DNA from: Paraspadella gotoi
Taxonomy: Eukaryota; Animalia; Chaetognatha
Reading direction: 5' to 3'
Length of the DNA stretch: 64,000 nt
NCBI GenBank assembly: GCA_051294375.1
Contig: CM119266.1
Coordinates: 18,896,087-18,960,086 of the forward strand
The notes below the pieces were generated by a model that did not search any database, had not been told where the DNA came from, and saw nothing but the letters and a program-made list of their open reading frames with translations. The position numbers were made by a program, and so were the translations under genes. Of this stretch, positions 25,546 to 37,037 are shown one piece after another; the first letter of the stretch is position 1, and each line of letters begins with the position of its first letter.

Positions 25546-25859
25546 ATGAAATTTGTACAACCAACATAAAAATTATCCATTTATTTAATAAGAAAGCTAG
25601 ACTTTGGACAGGCTTTGGTGGTTTAAGGCCTCCATCACTCTTACGAGATAATGACATAGCATGGCAACAGCCGGGTTGCCTGTGATGCCCATTGGGATGG
25701 GGCATCTCACTTTTGGCCTTGGGGGCTTCTGAGTCTCTGATCCTCAGTGACGCCTCCAGTCACTGGCGCGGTTACCCTTGGACGGTCGCGTGTGAATATA
25801 CCACCACAATAGCACAGTTTTGTTTATTCACTCCCAGAGTAACTAGCTTCCCTATCAAT
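25546..25859 (-). mobile_element. Family A copy interrupted by a family B insertion; best-preserved twister-like core (25600-25650)
   Basis: GAGT GATGG AGGCCT TAA ACC AC CAAAG CCTG TCCAAAGT C, followed by a ~10-nt deletion removing the P4 and P5 3' strands. Confidence 0.85.
25661..25808 (-). mobile_element. Family B element with target-site duplication
   Basis: Ends TGTGGTGG...GTTGCCAT. Flanked by atagc at 25656-60 and 25809-13 (4-5 bp TSD). Confidence 0.8.
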
Positions 25860-26576
25860 TTCACTAGATCGAGATGATTATAATTTTAATGATTACGAAA
25901 TTCATGACAGAAACAAGCCGTCTGGCAGAATAAAGTGAAAAAAATATTGATACAACTCATATTATAACATTTCAAGATAATAATGATGATGACTAAAAGA
26001 ATTAACTGGTGAACATTATGCTAAGAAAATTGTCATAGATAGACATTATTTATTAGACAAATAGTGCTCAACAAAGAAATATGTAAAAGCGGGAACGAGT
26101 GACGATTATTTAGGGAAATTTATCTCGTTATTCATTTCGCGTTGAACCCGCAACTCGTCTAGAACCCGCAACCCGTCTTGAACCCGCACTCGTTTTCGAG
26201 ACTTGTCATCAAGGTGTAAAGAAAGGACGATGATGGTGTCTGGCTTATAACACCTTTGCCGCGCGGTTTCGATTCCAGGTAGATGACATTTGGTCATTCG
26301 TCAGGGATGACCCGCCAATGAAAAGAAAGTTAGCGTCTCACCCAAGTGATGATGCACGAGAGATTTCAAGAACCTCGTCACTGATAAGAAATCGAACCAC
26401 ACCTTGTCGACTATCGATTGCATCTCGCACTTCGGTTCCTCGCTTCAAGTTGGGACTTTCATTGGCTTGTTCGAATTTTAGATTGCAGAGGCAATGAGTC
26501 GTTGAAGATGTTGATGACGATGATGAAGAGAAGAGAGAGAGAGAAGAGACGAGAAGAGAGAGAGAGAGAGAGCGAG

Positions 26577-26620
<44 letters not shown>

Positions 26621-26944
26621 GCCCGATGTTTTTATTTCTACAATTTACGAAGAATAGAATGCGACTCCCGTCTTTGCATTTGTCGTTCCCTCTCGTCAGT
26701 GATAATCGTTACATTTCGTTATCTTAAAAAAAAAAACAGCTTCAGACTTTACCTGTAGGTAAATTTAACTTTTACGTGCAAACCTGAAGTCTAAAATTAG
26801 TAAAAAAGTAAAAACCGCCCCAAGTTTTCTTTTATCAATACGGTCATGCGACATTTTTTTTTACGAGGAAATTTGAGAAAAAAACTTCCGGCGCGATCCA
26901 GCCCATCTTTCGCTGCCCTTCATTGATCCTGACCCTTTATCCTT

Positions 26945-27100
26945 TTCCTTCGGTCTTTCCGGCTTTTCCTTTCGGCTTTTCTTTTCAACCTTTCCTTCCG
27001 GCTTTTTCTTCCGGCTTTTCTTTTCGGATTTTCCTTCCGTCTTTTCCTTCGGCTTTTCCTTCCGGCTTTTCCTTCCGGCTTTTCCTTCCGGCTTTATCCC
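26945..27100. repeat. Degenerate (ttccttccggctt)n minisatellite
   Basis: About 11 related 13-14 bp units. Confidence 0.85.
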
Positions 27101-27530
27101 CCGGATGCCGAGAACCCATCCTTATATTCGACCCATTACTAGGTCGTCTCCTTTTATGAGCATTCTCTTCGGTTCCCATCTCTTTCTGCATTTGCCATCT
27201 CTTTGCCATCTCTTTGCGATCTCTTTGCAATCTCTTTGCCATCTTTTTGCCATCTCTTTCTGCAATTCGTCCCCTTTCGTTTCCTGCCTTTATTGCAATT
27301 TCCTTATTTCCCTGAACTTCTGTTTCCTGTCCTCATTTCCTTCTGTTTTTGCGGAATAAAAACTCAAAACTGGAACAAAACAAAAAATAAATTACTAGAA
27401 AAATCAAGTCATGAAGTTCCAAGTGTAAGGAAAGGGTTGGATTGAACAGTCTTACCCAGATATCCAACAAAACCCATTGTTTTTAAAAATCTATATCATT
27501 GTATTTTGACTTTCTTTTTTGCTATTTAAA

Positions 27531-27608
27531 ATGAAACGAAAAATTCGTTGTAATAGCAAAAATAAAAAAAAATAAAAAATTGCTATTACAACGAATTTTT
27601 CGTTTCAT
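27531..27608. repeat. Perfect 29-bp inverted repeat with a 20-nt A-rich spacer
   Basis: atgaaacgaaaaattcgttgtaatagcaa (27531-59) / ttgctattacaacgaatttttcgtttcat (27580-608). Confidence 0.95.
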
Positions 27609-29656
27609 CTCTAAAATCCATATCTTAATAACGATAAAATATTAAAATCGTATTTTGAGGTCAGTTTATTTAAAAGTCGTGACTGTTTTGGTTTCTGATA
27701 TCATTTTAACAATTTTTTTTTAATATTGAATCAAATATTTATGAAATAATTCGATTTGCAAAATGTTATTGAGGCTAGCAAGTAGCAATATATTACTTCA
27801 TCCCACGAAATCTCATTTTTAATCGTTAAGCGTCATCTTAATTCGCTAAATGTTATTTTAACTTACAAAATATGATTTTGACTTGACAAATATCAGTAAC
27901 GGTTCATTTTAAACTCTTGAAAATAATTTACATATAATGGTGCAGCCCACTGGTAATGAAAATGACGATTCTCGTTTTAAATATATTTGTATCAAGTCCC
28001 ACATATGTTAGGGAAGACAAAGACAACCATAAGGAATATGACTCCGCCGCCACAGGCGACGATATTCTTCCAATATCATTCTCATTCCGTCGTGATGCTC
28101 GGCGTTGGGCAAAGTCAGAGGTCAATCACGTGACCGCCTTTGGTCACGTGACGGTCAGCTCACCACGCTCGTCGTCATTTCACTGTCACTGACCATGAGT
28201 TTTCACCGTTTTTTATCGTTGGCGAGTTGTGGCTTAATTCGTTGGGGGAAAAGTTGATTGTAAATAAAATGTAAGGTGAGTGACTTAGGAGAGATTCCTT
28301 ATATATAAAATCTCTTTACTAATTGTCTTCCTTTGCAAATCTTGTCCCCCCCCCCTGTCGCTGAAATTGTCCAGAAATCGACGCAATTCTTTCGCGCTCT
28401 CGCGCAAAGGAAAAATTCACAGCCTGTGACTGAGCTCCGACTAGCCTAAAATCTCTGTTCTTTATGGGATCAGGAATGACCCTTTCTGATATCACATTTA
28501 AGGCTCGCCCTCGAGGTCCCAATCCAAAAAGTGGACTCTCTCTCTCTCTCTCTCTCTTTTCCTTTCTTTTCTCTCCCTCTTTTTCTCCTTTTTTTCTCCC
28601 TTTTCCTTCTCTTTCTTTTTACCCTTCTCTCTCTCTCAGCTCACCCAGACTTCAAATACCTCCTTCGAGATCACATGACTCCCTCGCGTTGACCGAGTGA
28701 CGTCACCGCTCTCGGAAAATCGTTCTTGTGTTTTGTGGCTCACAGGTCAGAGGGGAAGCGACCGTTGGCCCCGTCCCTCAGAAACGACGAAGCCACGTCG
28801 AAAACCCCCGGGCTCTGCGGTTTGTGCGGGGCCGCTGCGGTGCGTGCGGGGCTGGTGCGGGGTCGGTGCGGGGCCGGTGCGATGCCAAGGATTTCCCTTT
28901 TTTAGACCAAATGTTATATTGCTTTCAGTTATAGAGTGGCGCCAATAGGATAATAAAATGTTTTCTTTATTTTATTATTTATTATTTTTAATGTTATTAT
29001 ACCTACTATACGTAAGATCGGGAAATTTTGGTCACTCATCTTTTCATTGTTCCTCCCTAGTGGATATAATTATTATTGTTAGAGATATTAAATATTAAAA
29101 TCTTTATATACTCAAGGTATCCATTCTTCCCATTTAAAGATGGATCTTTTTTCCCCTTATCTTTAGCGTTTCTAATGTTAGAATAAATATTAAATCCTTT
29201 GGTCGCTTTTACCTAAGTTTTCTATTATTTTTTCAACTGCTTTTTGTTCTTGTTTTTATCGATTCCTCTCCGAGTCAGAACTGACGCGACGAAAGAGATT
29301 ATGGAAAAAGAAAAGGAAAAATAGCGTCGCCGCCGCCGCCGCCGCCAACTCGCACTGCTCGCCGCTTGGTTAAAGCAAAGCGTTTTGACGATTTTGACTT
29401 CATTATTTGCGACAATCCTCGATTCCTTTATTCCTTTATTCCTAGATTACTTCTTCCATTTTTCATCCATCAGGGTACATCTTTATCAACTAGACTCTTT
29501 TTGGGCCGGTCTGTCTTTTTATATTTGTTGAATAATGTTATTGAAAAATTCATAAATCCCATAAAATGTAAAAATTAAAGAATGGTAATAGACAAGTAGT
29601 GGTTCGAAATGCCATCGCAGGAAATTGACCAGGAGATGGATCTGATAGACCAAATA

Positions 29657-29690
<34 letters not shown>

Positions 29691-30535
29691 CCACGCCTAC
29701 TTCCTTCGTTGGTACTTTCGGTTTTGTTCACATTTCTATTTTTTTTTATAATTTCTTACGTTTGTTTTAAACTTTTATTTTCACCTATTTATCATTACCA
29801 ATTTGAATCTGGCCGACATTAAGTTCCATTTTATAGCAATAGCATCTCACGAGTTCTCTCCATCCCTCACCCCAACTTCCGCCCCACCCTCGGGCCCAAA
29901 AAAAAATCACGGTCGAGTTGGATTTTGCTTCCGCCTCCATTTGACGTCAAAACGTGGGTTTTCCTACAGCGACCCTGCGTTTCATTTCGGTTTTTCGCGT
30001 AAAACCGCAACGTCGCATTATTCTCTCTGCTCTCTCTCTCTCTCCTCTCTTCTCTCTCTCTCGTCTTCTCTCTCTGCTCTCGCGTCTGCTCTCCTCTCTC
30101 TTTCTCATCTCTCTCTTTGTTTGTTTTGTTTTATTTTTCTGACGCTCCGAAAATCCGCTTTGCGTCGGTTTTTTCGTCGCCATTTTGACGTCGATTCTTT
30201 CCTTTTGTAAACAAAATACAAAACGTGGATCTCATTCGGCGCGAGACAGAGATGAAAGAAAGAAAAAAAAAGAAAGAAAGAAAATATGGGTTCTTTCTCG
30301 CATTCAATAGAAATCTATTGCATCCGTCCAGTGGCTTCCTTCTCCCCCTTTTCCAAACCGACAACGTTTCCTCTCCGAGACTCTCTGCTTCCAGAGCCGA
30401 ATGACCCCAAACAAAGCAGTCCTCATTTTTCTTTTCGCATTTCCTTTTTCTCTCTGTCTTCTTCGTCCTCGACCCCCTCCATCTCCATTTGAGTTCTTCT
30501 TTTCTTTCGTTTTGATATTATTTTCAAAACTAGTA

Positions 30536-31097
30536 TAACCATAGCCGGTCCAAAGTCAAAGTCAAAGTCCAAAGGCAAGATGGCTTAATTAATAAATCAG
30601 TGAATAATTTTTATATTGGTTGTACCTAATTTCATAGCAGATGGCACCTTTGAAACAATATACCACTTCACTGATAGGGAAGCCAGGTACTCTGGGAGTG
30701 AATGCTATGTCATTATCTTGTAAGAGTGACAGAAGCCTTAACTCACCAAAGTCAGGGGTAAGATAGCTTAGTTATTAAATGAATGGATACTTTGGTTACA
30801 TTGGTTGTNNNNNNNNNNTAGCCGGTCCAAAGTCCAAAGTCAAAGTCCAAAGGCAAGATAGCTTAATTAATAAATCAATGAATAATTGTTGTATTGGTTG
30901 TACCTAATTTCATAGCAGTAAGCACCTTTGAAACAATATACCACTTCATTGATAGGGAAGCCAGGTACTCTGGGAGTGAATGCTATGTCATTATCTTGTA
31001 AGAGTGACAGAGGCATTAACTCACCATAGCCTGTCCAAAGTCAGGGGCAAGATAGCTTATTTATTAAATGAATGGTTACATTGGTTGTACCATTTTC
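30536..31097 (+). mobile_element. Family A head-to-tail array (two >1-unit copies separated by a 10-N gap)
   Basis: Each copy starts in the 3' half of the ribozyme motif (tagccggtccaaag), runs through the body and re-enters a complete motif. Period about 208 nt (30819 to 31027). Confidence 0.85.
30992..31054 (+). ncRNA. Type-P5 twister-like motif, intact P3/P4/P5/T2, mutated T1 partner
   Basis: TATCTTGT aa GAGT GACAG AGGCAT TAA CTC AC CATAG CCTG TCCAAAGT CAGG g GCAAGATA. Confidence 0.55.
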
Positions 31098-32048
31098 CAT
31101 TCATTCCCCTTTCATTTTCTGTTTCCCGATTTTCTTTCACTCTCTCACTCTCTCACTCTCACTCTCTGTACCACTCTCACTTTGGGATGATCTTTGAAGG
31201 GGAAGGCAATAAAGGAAAAGATTCCGAGCAAAATGAAGAAAAAGGATCAATGGTGGAAGGAGGAGGAAAAGGCTCCACGGTGCCATCTATGGTGCCATCT
31301 ATGGTGCCAGCTTTGTCCTCCGAACTTTGACCCTTTCATGGATTTCCGGTGGATGGCGACGCTCGGTGGCGGAGGAATCAAGTCACCTGGGATCCTTTTT
31401 TTCCTTTTTTTCTGCTTTATTGCTTTTTTTTGTGATCTTTCTCTGCTCTTTTTTTGTATGAACGCGTTTTCACGCAGAAGTCGCAATTTTTTCGAACGTA
31501 TGTTTGAATTAACTTTGCTGGTAATGTTTACTTGTTATTTGGTAAATTGTAGTTAATTTCCAAATAGTTATATTACGCACGTAATTCAATCTAACCAGCA
31601 AGGCTTATCATCACAGCATTTCAAGCTTTGTTCATAATTGGCTTTATTATTATCCATTTTCATATTTCTACATCCATATTCATTTTTATTTTCACATCGC
31701 GGTTAACTGNNNNNNNNNNNNNNNNNNNNNNNNNNNNNNNNNNNNNNNNNNNNNNNNNNNNNNNNNNNNNNNNNNNNNNNNNNNNNNNNNNNNNNNNNNN
31801 NNNNNNNNNNNNNNNNNNNNNNNNNNNNNNNNNNNNNNNNNNNNNNNNNNNNNNNNNNNNNNNNNNNNNNNNNNNNNNNNNNNNNNNNNNNNNNNNNNNN
31901 NNNNNNNNNNNNNNNNNNNNNNNNNNNNNNNNNNNNNNNNNNNNNNNNNNNNNNNNNNNNNNNNNNNNNNNNNNNNNNNNNNNNNNNNNNNNNNNNNNNN
32001 NNNNNNNNNNNNNNNNNNNNNNNNNNNNNNNNNNNNNNNNNNNNNNNN

Positions 32049-32200
32049 AATCACTAACCTAATCATTAACCCTAATCACTAACCTAATTCTTAACCTAAT
32101 CACTAACCTAATCATTAACCCTAATCACTAACCTAATCATTAACCCTAAGCACTAACCTAATCATTAACCCTAATCCATAACCTATTCCGTAACTTAATA
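32049..32200. repeat. 25-bp minisatellite containing telomere-like TAACC/TAACCC words
   Basis: Unit taatcactaacctaatcattaaccc; abuts an N gap. Confidence 0.85.
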
Positions 32201-34718
32201 ATTTCTCACCTTAACCTTTAACCTAAAATCTTTAAACCTAAAAACTAATTTATTTCCAAATAAAAAATGAAATGTGGCGCTTTGGGAAAATAAGGCTCAC
32301 AATTGAAGACCCAAACCTTTTCCTAGTCTCTTTCTCCCATTTTCTCCTTTTTATCGATTTTTTTCCTTTTTATTCTTTGTTTTTACTCTACATTTTTTCT
32401 CCCAAAAAGCCAATTCCCTTTTTTCTTTTACCATTCTCGCCTTCTCTGTCTCTCTCTCTCTCTCTNNNNNNNNNNNNNNNNNNNNNNNNNNNNNNNNNNN
32501 NNNNNNNNNNNNNNNNNNNNNNNNNNNNNNNNNNNNNNNNNNNNNNNNNNNNNNNNNNNNNNNNNNNNNNNNNNNNNNNNNNNNNNNNNNNNNNNNNNNN
32601 NNNNNNNNNNNNNNNNNNNNNNNNNNNNNNNNNNNNNNNNNNNNNNNNNNNNNNNNNNNNNNNNNNNNNNNNNNNNNNNNNNNNNNNNNNNNNNNNNNNN
32701 NNNNNNNNNNNNNNNNNNNNNNNNNNNNNNNNNNNNNNNNNNNNNNNNNNNNNNNNNNNNNNNNNNNNNNNNNNNNNNNNNNNNNNNNNNNNNNNNNNNT
32801 TGTAATGGCTGGAGCTGGGGTCACCCGGGGTCACGTTGGAAGGAAAACCCGGTCGAGGCGCTCGTGCCAGATTCTTATTTTTTTTTTTTTTAGCTAAGGG
32901 TTTGTAAAGAGTAGATTGGGGGATGGGAGTCTTTAGAAAATAGGGTTTGGTGGATGAGATGGTGGAGACTCGGGATAAGAGGGTGGAGACTCTGGAGAGG
33001 CTGTTGTTACTACCGATTGTGCCAAATGGAGATTCCAGAGGAAAAAGAAACACGAGAATCGTGGAAGGATGGGAGAAAGAGAAGGAAAGGAAAAAGGAAA
33101 TAAAGGAAAATGGAAATAAAGGAAAAAGGAAAATAAGGAAAATAAAGGAATTGGGGAAACATATGGAAGAAAAAGGAAAGAGAGAGAAGAGAATTTTAGG
33201 AAAAGAAAATATTAAATAAGATCTTCTGTTAAGAAGATAGAAGATAGAAGACAATAGAAGAAAAAAAAAACATTAAAAGGTTGAGAAAAAATCAATTTTG
33301 CCAAGTCATAGGCCTTTTTTTTTTATTCAAAGAGAGTTTTTTTTATTACGATTTATTATTATTTATTAAAGGTCATGATTGAAATTGCCAGTAAACCATT
33401 TACTTTTACGAAATAACTAAGCGTAACCCCTTTGTAGACTTTGGCTGGTCATTTCCGAGTCGTATTACGCGTACTCCTCGTATTTGCATTAGCTGGTCAT
33501 TTCTAAGTCATAATCTCCCGAAAAAAATATACGTTGCCCGCCTCGACTCTCCTCTTCTCGGAGAAAAAAATTTACGTCAACGGCTTTAAAAAAAAAGCGT
33601 AATAATGAGACGACGACGACGACGACGACTGAAAAAGTGGAGGGAAGTGGGGCGCGAAAATCGAGGCTCAAGGACGTCTCCATCTTTTGTTTCGATTCGC
33701 CGAGCGATAATAACTCGATTCACAAAAAAAGTCAACCAAAAAAAATGGCGGGAGATAAAAAAAAAGGAGTCGAATGAGGAGTTGACAGGATGGAAGAGAG
33801 ATGAGAGAGAGAGAGAGAAAAGAGAGAGAGAGAGGAGGAAAAGAATAAAAAAAAGAGAAAGAAAGAAATAATGAAATAAAGAAATAAAGAAAAATAAAGA
33901 AGAAATAAGAAAAATAAAGAAAGAAATATATAAAGAAAAAAGAAAGAAATATTAAAGAAAAAGAAAGAAATATAGAGGAAAGAAAGAAAGAAAAGAAAAG
34001 AAGAAAGAAGAAAGAAAGAAAGAAAGAAAGAGAAAGAAAGAAAGAAAGAAAGAAAGAAAAAAATAAATAATAAATAAATAATATAATAATTAAATAAATA
34101 AATAATAAATAAATAAATAAATAAATAAAAAATAAGATAATAAAGATATAAAGAAAAAATAAAGAAAGAAAAGAAATAGAATAAATTAAAAAGAAAGAGG
34201 GAGAGAGAAAGAAAGAAAGAAGAAAGAAAGAGAAAATACATAAATAAAAAAGAAAGAGGGAGAGAGAAAGAAAGAAAGAAGAAAGAAAAAAGAGAAAATA
34301 AATAAATTAAAAAAGAAAGAGGGAGAGAGAAAGATCGAGTCTTGGGTGAGATTCTTAACTTGGATAAGTTTGTCTCTTGGTGCAAGTGGCAAGAGGCAAA
34401 GGGACAAAATTAGTTGGAAGGAAAGGGAAAGGTTTGATAAGCGGTTGGAAGGTTTGACCAGAAACTGTTGACCCGAACGCGTCAAGGATGACCTCTCAAG
34501 GTCAATCATTATCGTACAGGAAGGGGGGCGGGAACTTGGGGGCTGGCGGAGAAAAATCTCAGAGAATTAGTGTTAATGACAAGAGCTGATGTTGTTTAAT
34601 CAGTAGTTATTCTTACATAAGTGTGTCATTAATTAATATCTTATAAATATTATAATTACTAATCTTAACTAATTTAAAACAGCCGTTTTCGGAAGGACGT
34701 CCTCCGCGGGAGAAAAGA

Positions 34719-34802
<84 letters not shown>

Positions 34803-35078
34803 TCAAGTCGGCTAAACTCTATGAAATACAGACTTTTTAGAATTTAGAAAATTTACATCAATTCAATTAATTTTAATCAATTGTCTTTTTCCATATTTAT
34901 TAAAATATATCAGTAACTAGAGAGAGAGAGAGTGAAGAAGAGGGAGAGATAGAGAGAGAGAGAGAGAATTTCGTCGGCAAAAAATGTTGTTTTGGAAACC
35001 AAACAAGGCCGAAAATTGGTCGTCTGGTTTTCGCGTTTCCTCCTTCCAATGTTGCTCCGTTATGAGGACGGCGTCCGA

Positions 35079-35161
<83 letters not shown>

Positions 35162-35259
35162 TCTCTCTCTCTCTATTCCGTCTCTATTCTTTCCTTCGCC
35201 CGTGCTAGTTATATTCCCCGCGCCAACTCCAGACGCCGTTAAAATCCTAAAAGGCGGTG

Positions 35260-35350
35260 ATTCACCCGGCGGGGGGGGGGCGGGCGGGGCGCGTTTTGCG
35301 ATAGGGCGGGGTTGGCGAATTGAGGCCGAAAGGCTGAGAGGGGCGTAACT
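35260..35350. promoter_or_regulatory. GC-box cluster
   Basis: ggggcgggcggggcgcg and agggcgggg within 50 bp. Confidence 0.35.
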
Positions 35351-35430
35351 GGGAGAGAGAAAAGACGATTTGAAGTTAAATAAAAACTTTGAAAATTTTT
35401 TTTGGAAAAATATGAATTGATGCATCCATT

Positions 35431-35720
35431 ATAAAATTATCCATTCATTAAATAAGGTATCAGTACTCAGTAGTATAGGGAGATTGTGGAGATTGTGAAA
35501 GGGATTTGCGTAAACGCTCTCCTGTACTATTTGCCCTGTCTTGCCACAAGCTTTGGTGGTTTAAGGCCTCGATCACTCTTACAAGATAATGAATAGAAGA
35601 ATTCTGCAAGCTTTCTCACAAGACTCTCTCACAGTCTATTCACTCCTTGAGTATCTGGCTTCCTATCAATGACGTATTTAACATTTACAGTATGTTTTAA
35701 TTTTATAAAAGCACCACTTC
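35431..35720 (-). mobile_element. Family A copy, diverged, with a ~65-bp insertion
   Basis: ctttggtggtttaaggcctcgatcactcttacaagataatga, attcactcc..tggcttcctatcaatga. Confidence 0.8.
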
Positions 35721-37037
35721 ATAAAAAAATTCTGAATTACCTACTAAAAGAACTGCGTCTACCCAGAATCTTTTCTTTGCTCACCACTCGCCCAGGGTGG
35801 ACAACGTCTAAAACGGTGGGGCGGGGGTCCGATGGGTCTAACCGCGGAAAAAGTCATGTTTTCAACGAAGAAGACGATGACGACGACTCGGGACCGTTCC
35901 GAGTGTTTGGTCCTTAGGATTTCATGTCTCCCTTTCCACTCGAACATCAACAGCGTCGTCGTTTCCCTTTGTCCAGCGTCAACGACTTCCGGTCTCGACC
36001 AAGCACTTCCCCTCCCTTCCCAAGAAACGCCCCAGCCGTGAGCGGCGTTAAGGCAGCCATTACGACCGACTTACGTACACTTTTACGGTGTTTTGGAGCC
36101 AAACTCAGATCAGCTAACGACTCTGCCGGGTAGTGCGACGAGGTAGGGAGAAAGGAGAGAATTCATCGGGGGTGAAAGAGAGATTAGTATTACTGACTAG
36201 TATTGGAGCTCGGATTCTCTTTTTTGGCGTTGGCTGATATGATAGGGTCACTTGTGGTAGGGTCCTAAGAAAAAGGNNNNNNNNNNGCATCTCAGGGAAA
36301 CTCTGTGAAGATGCTTTTCATTTAAACTATCCTTCAAACGGTTGCCTGACGACAATTTATAAACGAAAGGCCGTCAGCGCGACGCAGTTTTATTCGAATC
36401 GTTTTTTTTTTTAGCCTAAACTACGTATGACAAAAACTCTAGGAAGGGGAATAAGAATATAAATAATTATTTATTATTATATAATTATAAATACGAGTCG
36501 GTAAAATAAAAACTAAGTCTCTGTTTTTAAAGATTCTGGAAACAGGATTTAAAGAAAGATCAGTCACGTTCGCTAAATTTAAGCGCATGCGCAATTATCG
36601 TTAACAGTGGCGTCGGCGCCGACGGCAGCACGAGCGACAGCGGAGCAATTGTTGGGAGAGACTCTATCAACTGACCTGGTTCTTTTTGTGGGAATATGAA
36701 AANNNNNNNNNNNNNNNNNNNNNNNNNAGAGAGAGATGACTCTAAGTCAAACTCAATTATTGTAACAATTATACAATTACAATTAAGATGGATGGACCAA
36801 AGGTTATCAGCTCGCTGTTGATTTCCTAGGAGAAATCATGTCACGCGCTGTTTGATTTTCTCGCACCGTACTAGTTAATCCGGGGACGCGCCACAGATCC
36901 GTCTATCGTGCCGATGGATAGAAAACGTGAGACCGAAACGAAGTCCGATAATTCTTATTTAAGTCGATAAATTTTACAGAATTCATTTGAGCAAACTTTC
37001 GGCAATTACGCGGATCTACCTTTGTCCTCCTGAGAAT

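Noticed and set aside
25695-25808. Family B as a twister (TAA-CCGC-GC-hairpin) or hairpin ribozyme (GGTATATT..C^GTC)
   Set aside because: Required partner strands (P4/T1, or AGAA and AGAAACA) are absent and not conserved in the other copies.
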